Positions 1 to 11,108 of a stretch of DNA of 20,000 nucleotides are shown here, one piece after another (the stretch's first letter is position 1; every line of letters starts with the position of its first letter). The translations under genes were made by a program, and so were the position numbers. This DNA is from Vezdaea acicularis (Eukaryota). The notes beneath the pieces are model-generated. The model had not been told where the DNA came from and did no database searches. It saw nothing but the letters and a program-made list of their open reading frames with translations. The stretch lies in contig JAPEUI010000008.1 of assembly GCA_026025075.1 (NCBI GenBank), positions 245,548-265,547 of the forward strand, given 5' to 3'.

Positions 1-2919
1 TATACGTCATTGGGATTATGTGAGATAGTTGGGAGGTAAAGGGCTATTCGCCGTATGCCAAGGAAATCGTGTGTATACCCAAAGATCTTCCCTAAAATGG
101 GGTCCCCTCCATACAACGCGAAAGTCCTCGATACAATATGATTTACCCCATGTAACTCGAGGTCGTCCACGTAACCAGAGATCCCCCATGTGCCCAGTAA
201 CGGTCCATGTAAAGAGGGGCAGTCCTTACAGCAACGGCTGGCCAATCGGCTTATTTGGCTACAGCGGAGAAAAAGAGGGGGAGAACCCAAGGAAGTTATC
301 AAGGCATGTGATCAGAAAAAAAGAAAGTTAGTTTGTATGTTTCCCTGCAAACCTTAAAGAAAACGTTGATTGATCGGCGAAATGGCGGCGGTAATGGCGG
401 TCAAGCGAGGCAGAAAAAGGTTAATGGGTAAGTCGTCCAGGGATGTTGTTGAATCTTTGCCTTCTTGCCTTGGCGACGCAGTGGGATGGCAGCAAGCGCT
501 CACTATGAAATGTACTTTGCAAGAGGCAGGCTTGTTAGCAGTACTAGAGTGATGGAAGAAGGCAAGTTCCCCAGATACCTCCGGGCCGTTCTTGGAACAG
601 CAGGGTTGAGAGGACTGGCAACCTTTTCGTATCCTGGGAATGCTCTTGCAGGCGGAGAACAGATCCGAGATCGTTGCCAAGCTTGAAGGGAAAATGCATG
701 GCGCCACTCCACGTACACTCGCATCCATGACAAACCAGATTCGGGACGATACTGTGATATTCAAACGGCGTCTCGATTGCAAGCACGCAGGAGTCCGTGC
801 TCGCGATCCGGGCCATCGGACGCTGAAGGATCGAAGAATGACGAGCCTATCGCAAAAACTAGTCCAGACGGCATCAGTGACATTTGCCTGGTCAAGGCTT
901 TCTGCGTCCATGGTCCACGGCCCGACTCGCGACACGATTCAATCCTGTTAGCCACAAAGAGGTATGGGTCCTCGCAGGAGACGAGAAGAACGGCACGAGG
1001 GAAGCCACTTGTGATTAGGATCGCTGCCTCCATCCGTTTCAAGCGGCTCAAAGTGGATGACCACATCCACAAATGGGCACGTGAAGGATCTCGGGTAAGG
1101 CCACGATGTGGGTAGGGAATATGCATGGGAGCAAGGAATCGTTCGAAATCCTTCCAAAAACCCTGCACCTCGTGGTTCGAGCCTGATCCACGTTGCCAAC
1201 CGCCACGAGGTGCAGAATGAAAGCGTTCTCCAAACCTTGAGGGATTTGGTGACGCGACGTATAAGACCTGCCCTGTAGCAAGCAAGCAGTCACAGACCCG
1301 CATAGCTAACAATTCAGAAGCATTGGAGCATCGACGGGCCAATGGCCTTGATGCCGCGTGTCCGGCGCTAGAATCGAGGGCGGGTCCGGGCCCGAATAGC
1401 TTCCTCCTGTCGATCCTGGGGTATTCTCCTAGCCCTGGGGCGGTACCCCACAAAATGTGAAGCGCAGGATTCCGGGATGAGACACGACAATTAAAGCGAG
1501 CGTCGTCGACGAAAACGCGTTCTGCCGATGCAGACTGGTCCGAGTAGATGTGTCGGAAGCGCTACCAGAGGGAGAGGAATGTCCTGTCGAGCTGATGGAC
1601 GGTGGTCACCCGGCTGTCGGTCGAGGCGAATGTCATCTTTTAGGGGAATCGGAATTGGGAAAATGAAGTCATGCGGGCGAAATTCCAGCCAATCCGGAGG
1701 CCGCTGTCCCTGAAATTCGGGCTTCTTTTCTTTTTTTCCAGCGAACCCCAAGTCGGCTGATCCCGAGCGCGGCCACTCGCGCCTGCTCCGGCACCGTCGA
1801 TGCCGGCTCAACTCCGACACTGTGACATCGTGCCCGCGACTGCTGTGGCTGACGGGCCATGACGAATGAGGAGCGCTGGGCTGGACGTCTGCACATGCCT
1901 CCTCTTCCCATTGAACGAACGCATTTCCCATTACCCCATCCGCACGGCGATGCCCTCACGCTCATCCGAATTGTCGACGGCGGGTCTGGGCGGCTTTGGC
2001 TGGTTCCGCCATCCTCGGCCCACGTGGTTGGCTGTCACCTCCCTCCAGGGCATACTATTACGTTGCAAAATACTCGAGTTTGCTCGGCGCCAAAAGCTTT
2101 GCCAGGCCATGAGTAATGTCTTTTCGGAGGGGTGGTGAGAAGGAGAGAAGGCGGTCGAGGGCACGGCTGTCTAAGCATTCAACCTCGACTGTCCAGCATC
2201 CACGGTAAGGCTGGAAAAAGAGATCCGGGCAAGGCGTAAGATCTGACGGTTTCCGGGCGCGCGAGGAGTTGCTTTTTCGACGTTGTTGCTTATTCGACGC
2301 GCGCTTGTGTGGTCGCTTCGGTTGCATCATATGGCGAAGAAGCTTAACCGCGAGCTTTTGAAACTTTTTTCTCCTCCGTCGTGTGTCATACCCTCCTCCG
2401 CCCTTCGCCATCAGCTTCCGATGTGTCGCAACACTGCGACGCCTGCGCGCCATGGATGCCGTCTTGGCCGTCGATACCGGCGCTTTGACTGGCCTGGCTG
2501 CCCTCTCACGTCACGAGATCCTGCCAATTTTCTTTGACAGCGACGGCGTTGCCCTTTGCCCCGTGGTAGTGACTCCGCGCTCGTCTCGCATATATCCGCC
2601 CCCTCCTGGGACGCCCACATTCATTCCATGATCCTCCTTTGACTCGACGGGCGTACTCACTCGTTGCACTGCTTTTTCCTCGCCTTGAAAGCCATACAAA
2701 CAGAATCAGCTTACTGCCGATCTCAAATCTCGACGGCCGTAGTGGCCCGTGCCCTAATCGCTCTGCAATTCCCCGCAAGGCCGCATCGGCGCTGTCTCGC
2801 CTCGCAGCAGGGCATCCCGCTAGGGTTTCCGCGCGATCTTCTCCCTTCCTTCTCTGTTACCGGGAGTCAAATCCCAGCAGAGCGCATTTTTATACCCAGT
2901 CCACGTTCCTTCAGCAGTT

Positions 2920-4918
2920 ATGTCCGTACAATGTCCTTCAGCAGATATAGGCCGCGCTCGCCCTACGACTCTTGCCGAACACACATGCCCAGACTACCGT
3001 AGGGTTTCTCCCTCAACACACCGTGTTCAGTCTCGAAAAAGACAAGACCGAGACTCTTTCTCTTCCGTCAAGGAAGACGACAGTGGCATTCCACAATCAT
3101 TCCTGGTGTCAAAGGAATCTACTCTCTTTCCTCTTCCCCTTCGTGACCAAGACCTCGACTCCGACGAAATGGCTGAAACCTTGACGATGCAAAACCCCCC
3201 CGGCTTCTGCTGCCCCTGCGGTGGGTCCAGAGGCTGGAAGGAGGTTCAGCTGGGGAAGCGAGGTCATCACAAGAGCAAAAGCTACAGTGATCTGAGGCTA
3301 TTCGGAGCTGAATTGCAAAAAGGGTGGGATTGGGCCAGAGCAGACAGCCCAGAGAGACTCGCGGTAGCTGCCGCTCGGAAGCCAAAGACGTATCCTGCTG
3401 GTCAATCACTTCTCGAAAAACTCCCTACAGAAATATTAGGTATGTAGCTCGACGTTGAAGTTGAAGTGAGGTGAGCAGAAACAAAAACGGGCTAACAGAT
3501 TTTGAGTAGATCAAATCCTCCCACTGCTCGTAATCGATCTACCTCCAAACGACTATACACCTCGCAACACCGACCTTATTTCGTGTTTGCTCTCTTCTCG
3601 AACTCTCTATGTTGCTACCCTGGGCACATTGTATAAACAGATTACCCTTCCACACTCGTACATATTCTCAAAATTTCTCAATCACATCTCTGCATACCAA
3701 TCTTTAGGAACCCTCGTTCGGAGGTTGGATTTCTCACACTTCTCATCGGTAGGCCTCGGAAGGAGCAGGCGAGACAACCTCGAGATTCAAAACGTCACCT
3801 CAGCGACTCTGCTCAAATGTTTGAACCTTACGCCACAGCTACACGAATTTCTTATTCAGGAGCATTTGGACGAAGATATAGACGAGAAGGTCGTGCAGAA
3901 GCTTTTCTGCGGTATGGAGTATTTACGAGCGATGGATTTTTGCGCGGCTTCCTCTGCTGCATTTAAGACTGCCTTTACGAACGTTATCAATTTTGAGAAT
4001 ACAGCATTACCGGCGTTCTTGGATATACAGCGCCTGAGTTTGCATGAATGCAATACACTCCCTTCCTCGGTTTTCGAAATTCTTCTGCCGAAGCTCCATA
4101 GGCTCACCCACTTGGACGTCGCTCACACTCGCATCACCGATGAGGCACTGTTCTCTATTCCAGAGACCGCCAGATTGACTCATCTAAACCTCAGTAAATG
4201 TTCAAGGCTTAGTGGCGAGAAAGTGGTCAATTTCCTGACGACGCACCCCGCAGTTCGAGACAGCCTCATCTACCTCAATCTTTATGCCGACATAGCTCAT
4301 AACCGACTACTGGAAGAGTCTGATGTGGAGAATCTACTTCCGAAACTTCCTTCATCTCTTAAAGCTCTACATCTCACTGGCGCCAAAATCAAGGGAGTTC
4401 ATGTGCCTCTGCTTCTACCTCTAACGAAGCATGTCGAGGAGTTGAGCCTGGGTTCAGCGCAACTATCGGTACAGGATATCAACGACCTCTTCGCGCCAAG
4501 ACAACCCGAAGACGAGGACGGCGACCTCTCTATGGAAGAGCAAACCTGGGTACCTCCAGCTATGCACTACCTTGACCTCACTGGCGTCCCCAGTATCACA
4601 GCTGGCGCCATTCTCTCAACTAATTCCGTTCTTACGCGTCCCATGACGGCTCCCTTGGAAGTCTTGGAACTAGGCGACAGCGTCATCACTTGTCTCAAGG
4701 AGCGGCCAGTCCCAAGCAAGCGACTAGGATGGGTAGTGCGCGAGTGCGGTAGACGGGGATGGTACGTTCGAGAGCCTCGTAAGGACATCCCAATCGGAGA
4801 GCGAGACAACGGAAAAAGAGCCTGGAAGATGGGGGCGATGTGGTGGGGAGGGAGGAAGGTCCCAGTCGCCTGGGGCGAAGTGGGAGGGCTTTACGGGCAC
4901 TACATGTTCAAGAAATGA
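2920..4918 (+). CDS. F-box protein with leucine-rich repeats (putative SCF substrate adaptor; tentatively yeast YLR352W/Lug1-like), 642 aa, join(2920..3439,3510..4918)
   Basis: One intron, 3440..3509 (GTATGT donor, GCTAAC branch at 3491, TAG acceptor), fuses ORF 2920..3447 to the frame of ORF 3587..4918. This creates an F-box-like motif LEKLPTEILDQILPLL...DLISCLLSSRTLY, followed by LRR-type repeats (LxxLDFS, LTHLDVAHTRITDEAL, LTHLNLSKCSRLS, LKALHLTG). The 1929 nt spliced length is a multiple of 3. The yeast orthologue is recalled from memory, not searched. Confidence 0.85.
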
Positions 4919-5626
4919 TGGATACGACTTGCATGGGGAAAATGAGGCTGAGGTGTTCGGGCTGAAGCGTTCAACAAAAATGGGGCGACGACTTTCATGA
5001 TTGCTTTTGTAGGCTTTTGGGCATTGGCGAGAATCATACGGACGAGCATTTTCAGCCACAGCGGGCATTCTGGGAGCTTCAGGGCATTGACCTGCGAGAA
5101 TTTTTTCACAGACTGGATTATACTCGGTATATTCACATTTCCTGGCGTTAGGCATAGCTTGCAGATAGTAATAACAAAATTGAAACTTTTTGTCCATATA
5201 GTTGGTGTCCAATAAGGCATCCTGCAAATTTGCAGTCCATGTCTAACTGCGTTTGGTATTCTTTGGATAGATATATTCATATTGAGATCCCTAATCTGCT
5301 TGGAGTGAAGAAATAAGTGAGGGGAGCAAAAGTTGTCTCCTGTTGAGTTCATAATTGGAGGAGATGCGCGAGCATGTGCTTATATAATCCTGATTTCGGC
5401 CAATGAGGCGTCATCTTAGCGAAGGTCATGAGCGTGGCTTGGTTACGTCTCGAGCTGTTCCAAATCCACATCTCGACATCAGCTTCCCCTACCCCAGTCA
5501 TCGCTCTCTCGTGACTGAAGGGAGAAGACTCAAAATCGAAAGCAGTACACCCTCAACTTACTGTACTATTATCTCTCTTTTCTTGCGTTGCCTCTAAGGC
5601 ACAACCCGTGCTGCCGCCTGCCCATC

Positions 5627-8600
5627 ATGGGCTACCGCAAGGACACCCTCTTCCGCTCGGCGGATATGTCTTTGACTCAGCTCTATATTGCCACGGAAAT
5701 CGGCAGAGAAGTCGTCAATGCGCTAGGAGAAATCGGCGAGATCCAGTTTCGAGATGTAGGTGATGACTTCTTTTTCGCCCCGTCGGATCTGAGTCGTAGG
5801 GAGGGAGATAACGACAGGGGCTATTGGGACCTTCTCGAAAACGGGTGCACGGGAGCGATCAACTACAGAAACTCCAGCTTGATGAAATTGAGGATACTGG
5901 TGGAGCTCTGGTCGTGGGCCATGGATATGATTGCAGAGCGTTCGATGTAGAAGCTATGCAGCATGCTAACTCGCCAATGCAGTTGAACTCCGAGACCACC
6001 GCATTTCAAAGGACATTCACAAAGGAGATTAGAAGGCTTGACAATGTGGAGAGGCAACTACGTACGACTCTATCATGATGATAGCGACCTGGCATGAGGC
6101 TTACAAACGTCTAGGATACTTCCTGGAACAAATGGAGAAGGCCTCCATTCCTCTTCGACCACTACCCGCTCCTGTCGAAACACTGGCGTCCCCTTCGGCT
6201 TCCGAGATCGACGAGCTCGCTGATCGAGCTCAGAGTCTCGAACATCGAATCGCGTCTCTCAACGATAGCTACGAGACTTTGAAGAAGCGAGAAGTCGAGT
6301 TGACGGAATGGAGGTGGGTCCTAAAGGAAGCTGGTGGATTTTTTGACAGGGTATGAAAACTTTACGAAGTGCGGTATAGAACAGGCTGATCTCAAAGCAG
6401 GCGCATGGTCATACCGATGAGATTCGCCAATCAATGGACAATGACGATGCTCCGCTCCTTGCAGACGTCGAGCAGCATGGCGGGCAGCAGAACGGAGACG
6501 CGGAGCGATCTCTCTCTGTGATGAACATTGGCTTCGTAGCTGGTGTAATCCCACGAGAACGTATAGCAGCCTTTGAGCGGATCCTGTGGCGAACGCTTCG
6601 CGGCAATTTGTACATGAACCAGTCTGAGATTCCGGAAGCTATCATCAACCCCAGCAACAATGAAGCTGTCCACAAAAACGTCTTTGTTATCTTCGCTCAC
6701 GGGAAGGAGATACTTGCCAAAATTCGAAAGATATCTGAGTCACTAGGTGCTGACATTCATCGTGTCGATGAAAACAGCGATCTGCGGAGAGATCAGATTC
6801 TTGAGGTCAATACCCGATTGACAGATCTCGGAAGCGTCCTTCGAAATACCAAGCAAACTCTCGATGCCGAGTTAACTCAGATATCCCGAAGTCTTGCCGC
6901 ATGGATGATCATCATAAAGAAAGAGAAAGCAGTTTATCAGACGCTAAATCTTTTCTCTTACGATCATGCGAGGAAGACGCTCATCGCCGAGGCTTGGTGT
7001 CCTACCAACTCTCTGCAACTCATCAAATCCACACTTCACGATGTCAACGATCGAGCGGGTTTATCTGTGCCGTCCATTATCAATGAGATCAGGACGACGA
7101 AGACCCCGCCGACGTATGTTAAAACCAACAAGTTTACCCTAGGGTTCCAGACCATTATCGATGCTTACGGTACTGCAAAGTATACTGAGATCAACCCTGG
7201 TCTACCTACAATCGTTACTTTCCCTTTTCTTTTCGCTGTGATGTTTGGAGACTTAGGACATGGTTTCCTCATGACTTTAGCAGCTTGCGCCATGATATAC
7301 TTTGAAAAGCCACTCCTAAGGAGAAAAAACGACGAACTCTTTTCCATGGCTTTCTTCGGTCGATACATCATGTTGATGATGGGACTATTTTCAATGTATA
7401 CAGGCTTCATCTACAACGACGCCTTCTCCAAGGCGTTGAGCATATGGCCCAGCATGTGGGAATGGCCTCAAGACTTTAAGGCGGGGCAAACTGTGTCCGC
7501 TACATACAAAAAGGGTTATCGCTATCCCATGGGTATGGATTGGGGATGGCATGACTGCGAGAACGATCTCCTGTTCTCGAACAGTTATAAGATGAAGCTG
7601 AGTATTATTCTTGGGTGGGCTCATGTAAGTCTCGAAACTGGAGGATATAGGCTCATGCTTACAACACTAGATGACGTATTCTCTCTGCTTGTCTGCAATA
7701 AACGCTCGCCATTTCAGATCGAAGGTCGACATGTGGGGAAACTTTGTCCCTGGGATGGTGTTCTTCCAATCGATCTTTGGCTATCTCGTCATATGCATGA
7801 TCTACAAATGGTCGGTTGACTGGCCTGCGATTGAAAAGCCCGCACCTTCACTCCTGAACATGCTCATCTACATGTTCCTCTCCCCTACCACGATCGACAC
7901 TCCGCTGTACGGCGGCCAACAAATAGTCCAGAATCTTCTGGTAGTCATTGCACTTATCTGTGTTCCCATATTATTACTGCTCAAGCCGCTTTGGTTGAGA
8001 CACGATCACAACAAGGCAAGAGCAATGGGCTATCAAGGGATAGGCGAAACCTCCAGAATTAGCGCCTTGGATGGGGATGATGAAGAAGAGGACGAACACA
8101 ATAATGCAAACGGTGGAAGAGAAAGCTTTGCTAGTGAAGAGGGAGCAGTCATGATCACGCAGGGTATCAACGAGAGTGAAGAACACGAAGAGTTCGAGTT
8201 TGGTGAAGTCATGATCCATCAGGTCATTCATACTATTGGTAAGCTATAAGATGCATTGAGTAAGAGTGGATTACTAATTTGGCATCTAGAGTTTTGCCTC
8301 AATTGCGTCTCCCACACGGCTTCCTATCTTCGATTGTGGGCTCTTTCTCTTGCCCACCAACAGCTCTCAATTGTGCTCTGGGACATGACAATTGGGATTG
8401 CGTTTGCCCAGACCGGCGTCCTGGGTGTCATTTTGACCGTGTGCCTATTCTACCTGTGGTTTTTCCTTACAATTGCAATTCTTTGCGTGATGGAAGGTAC
8501 AAGCGCTATGTTGCACAGCCTCCGTCTCCACTGGGTGGAGGCAATGAGCAAGCACTTCATTGGGGATGGTATCCCCTTTGAGCCATTCAGCTTCAAAGTC

Positions 8601-8636
8601 TTACTAGAGGAGGACGCATTAGAGTATGGCGGATAG
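5627..8636 (+). CDS. vph1: Vacuolar H+-ATPase V0 subunit a, 860 aa, join(5627..5755,5983..6061,6115..6350,6401..7624,7671..8238,8290..8636)
   Basis: Characteristic sequences: [19 protein letters not shown]...[85 protein letters not shown] (contains the essential Arg) and [10 protein letters not shown]. Five GT-AG introns (227, 53, 50, 46, 51 bp) give a 2583 nt in-frame CDS. Confidence 0.97.
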
Positions 8637-8966
8637 AAGGAATGGCGTGACCATTGTAAATAATGTCTCATAGTAGAACGATGGAAGAACTTTTACCCGT
8701 TCTCTCACCGATCCCCTTGAGAAAATTCTTATCTTCTCGATAGAGAAGGTCGTAAAAAGCATCGTGTGGTGGAACCACGACCTAATTGGGTAGGAGTTCG
8801 CGAAAGGGACAGCTTATCGTCGGCTTTTGGGCTAATTGTAGCGAGGCGGCCCGCACAAACAAGCTTTCTTTCGTGCCCCTCGTTTTCCGCTTTCCCCTCC
8901 CTATTTGAAGGCATTGACGCTCTCCTTACGTTCTTTCGACGTCACCCAGAGAAGTTATCAGCAGCC

Positions 8967-10705
8967 ATGTCCTTTGCTAGCCGCAAGTTCTCGATCAATC
9001 GCAGATCCACCGGATCGACCCAGCGGGAACGCTTGTTCTCCACTAGCAAAGATCCTAGCGATAGTGGTATGGCAGCTACCCCACCCTCTCTTAGCCCGGA
9101 GTAGTTCCATACTCCATGATCCCCTGATTCCATCTAGAGCTCCATTCAGATACTGATTGATGTTCTTTAGAATTCCACTCGAAAATCCATCGTCAGTTCC
9201 GTGAATCCCACGCAGGACATCGTCCCCACGCTGGCCTCGACCCTACCCGCGCCTCCACTGGTGTGGTCTGGACGACCGAGCGCGCATACGAGCACGGCTT
9301 CCTTGATGATCCTTCCCAATGGGCAAATCTAGGGCAAGGTGCGCCAGAAGTCGACGACGAGATTGAAGGCTGTTTCGAACGGCCTGCACACATCGATATC
9401 AGCGTCAACTCGCGCGAGTATGGCCCCACGGCCGGCATCAAGCCTTTGAGGGAGGCCGTTGCGAATCTGTACAATTATGAGCATCGCCAGGGCAAGGAGA
9501 GCAAGTATACGTGGGAGAATGTGTGCATCGTGCCAGGTGGAAGGGCGGGGTTGATAAGAATCGCGGCCGTGCTTGGGAATGCGTATTTGGGGTTTTTCAT
9601 CCCGGATTATACTGCGTACAACGAGATGTTGAGCTTGTTCAAGAATGTAAGTATGGCCCCCTTTTGGGTCCTTGTGGAACGAATACTGCTCAGAGAGGGG
9701 TTGTGCTGCAGCCAAGGTGGTCCCTGCTTCTTGGCTGCATACTGCATGCATAGGGCTGATGTTACCCCACCAAATAGTTCGCAGCAATCCCCACGCCCCT
9801 CTCCGAAGAAGATGGGTACAATATACATCCCGACAAGATCGCCGAAGAGATCTTCCGTGGCACGTCTGTCATTCTAGTACGTACACCCCATCCCCCCCCC
9901 CCCGGTTTCTCCTCCAAACTCCTCTAACCCCCCTTTCTAGACATCCAACCCCCGTAACCCCACCGGCGAAGTCCTCACCAACCCTTCCCTCTCCTCTATC
10001 CAAGACATTTGCCGCGACCGCGCCACCCTCATCATGGACGAGTTCTACGGCGGCTACAATTACACGGCCGACTGCGACGGCACGACCGTCTCCGCCGCCG
10101 CGAACATCATCGACGTCAACCAAGACGATGTCCTCCTCATCGACGGGCTGACAAAACGCTTCCGCCTCCCCGGCTGGCGCATCGCCTGGGTCGTCGGCCC
10201 CAAAGAATTCATCCGAGCCATCGGCTCCTGCGGCTCCTACCTTGACGGCGGCGCCAACGTGCCCTTCCAAGAAGCCGCCATCCCCATGCTCGAGCCCAAG
10301 AAGGTGCTCCTCGAGATGCAAGCGCTGCAACGTCACTTCAAGCGCAAGCGCGACTACGTCATCGGCCGCCTCCGCGAAATGGGCTTCACCATCTCCCGCG
10401 TCCCCAACTCGACCTTCTACATCTGGCTCGACCTCTCTTGCCTCCCCCGCTCCATCAGCGACGGCCTCAACTTCTTCGGCGAGTGCCTCAAGGAGAAAGT
10501 CATCGTCGTCCCCGGCATCTTCTTCGATCTCAACCCCAGTCGTCGTCGCGACCTCTTCGATTCCCCGTGCCATCATTTCGTCAGGCTCAGCTATGGCCCC
10601 CGTATGGATGTCCTCAGGAAGGGCCTCGATGGTATCGAGAGGGTCGTGCAGAAGCATCGCGACCATGACGTCGCTGTCGAGGACGATGAGATTAGTAAGG
10701 GGTAG
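8967..10705 (+). CDS. PLP-dependent aminotransferase, class I/II (aspartate/aromatic aminotransferase-like fold), 479 aa, join(8967..9066,9171..9646,9778..9876,9941..10705)
   Basis: Motifs NLGQGAP, YGPTAGIKPLREAVA, SNPRNPTG, DEFY (PLP-binding Asp), GLTKRFRLPGWRIAW (Schiff-base Lys) and C-terminal VRLSY (substrate carboxylate Arg). Introns 9067..9170, 9647..9777 and 9877..9940 are all GT-AG and give a 1440 nt in-frame CDS. Substrate cannot be determined. Confidence 0.93.
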
Positions 10706-11108
10706 AAGCGCGTGAAGCACTAGTTGGCGGAAATGAGCGTAGGAAGGGGACACGGGAGTCCGAAATTGTGTACCGCCATCATTTTTTGCGTAGATGATTT
10801 CACTTATGCCGACGCAGATCACGGGAGCCATACAAGAAAGACTTGGCTAAGCATCTCCTAACGGCTTCACATGCTTTGTGCTAGACATTACGAGTTTTCT
10901 TTTGCTTCTCCATATATCATTGATTTACAACCAACTTGTATTCCGGCCTATACATGTACCAAAGCTTGCCATTTTACATATATAGATCGCCATTAAGATC
11001 AAAGAATAGGACCTGGAGAAACGAACTTCTAGGGGTATATTACTATCCGTCCAAAAAATCCGCCATTATCCATCGTTCCAAACCCCCCTTATCTACAATG
11101 CCACATGA

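Noticed and set aside
1135..1190. GTTCGA motifs resembling tRNA T-loops (1141, ~1175)
   Set aside because: No cloverleaf, acceptor stem or A-box could be assembled around them.
354..2900. Numerous 60-230 aa ORFs on both strands (e.g. 354..935 -, 761..1453 -, 1491..1931 -)
   Set aside because: No recognisable motifs, they overlap one another, and their composition is typical of random frames in ~50-55% GC intergenic DNA. No convincing spliced gene could be built.
5756..5982. Possible C/D-box snoRNA or nested intron in the unusually long (227 bp) vph1 intron 1 (GTGATGA at 5760, CTGA at 5789, TGATGA at 5880)
   Set aside because: The C box overlaps the splice donor, the only CTGA is just ~30 nt away, there is no terminal D box, and no internal splice pair regenerates a canonical donor.
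9869..10831. 320-aa antisense ORF over the aminotransferase
   Set aside because: Shadow ORF caused by strong C-ending codon bias in the real plus-strand exon.
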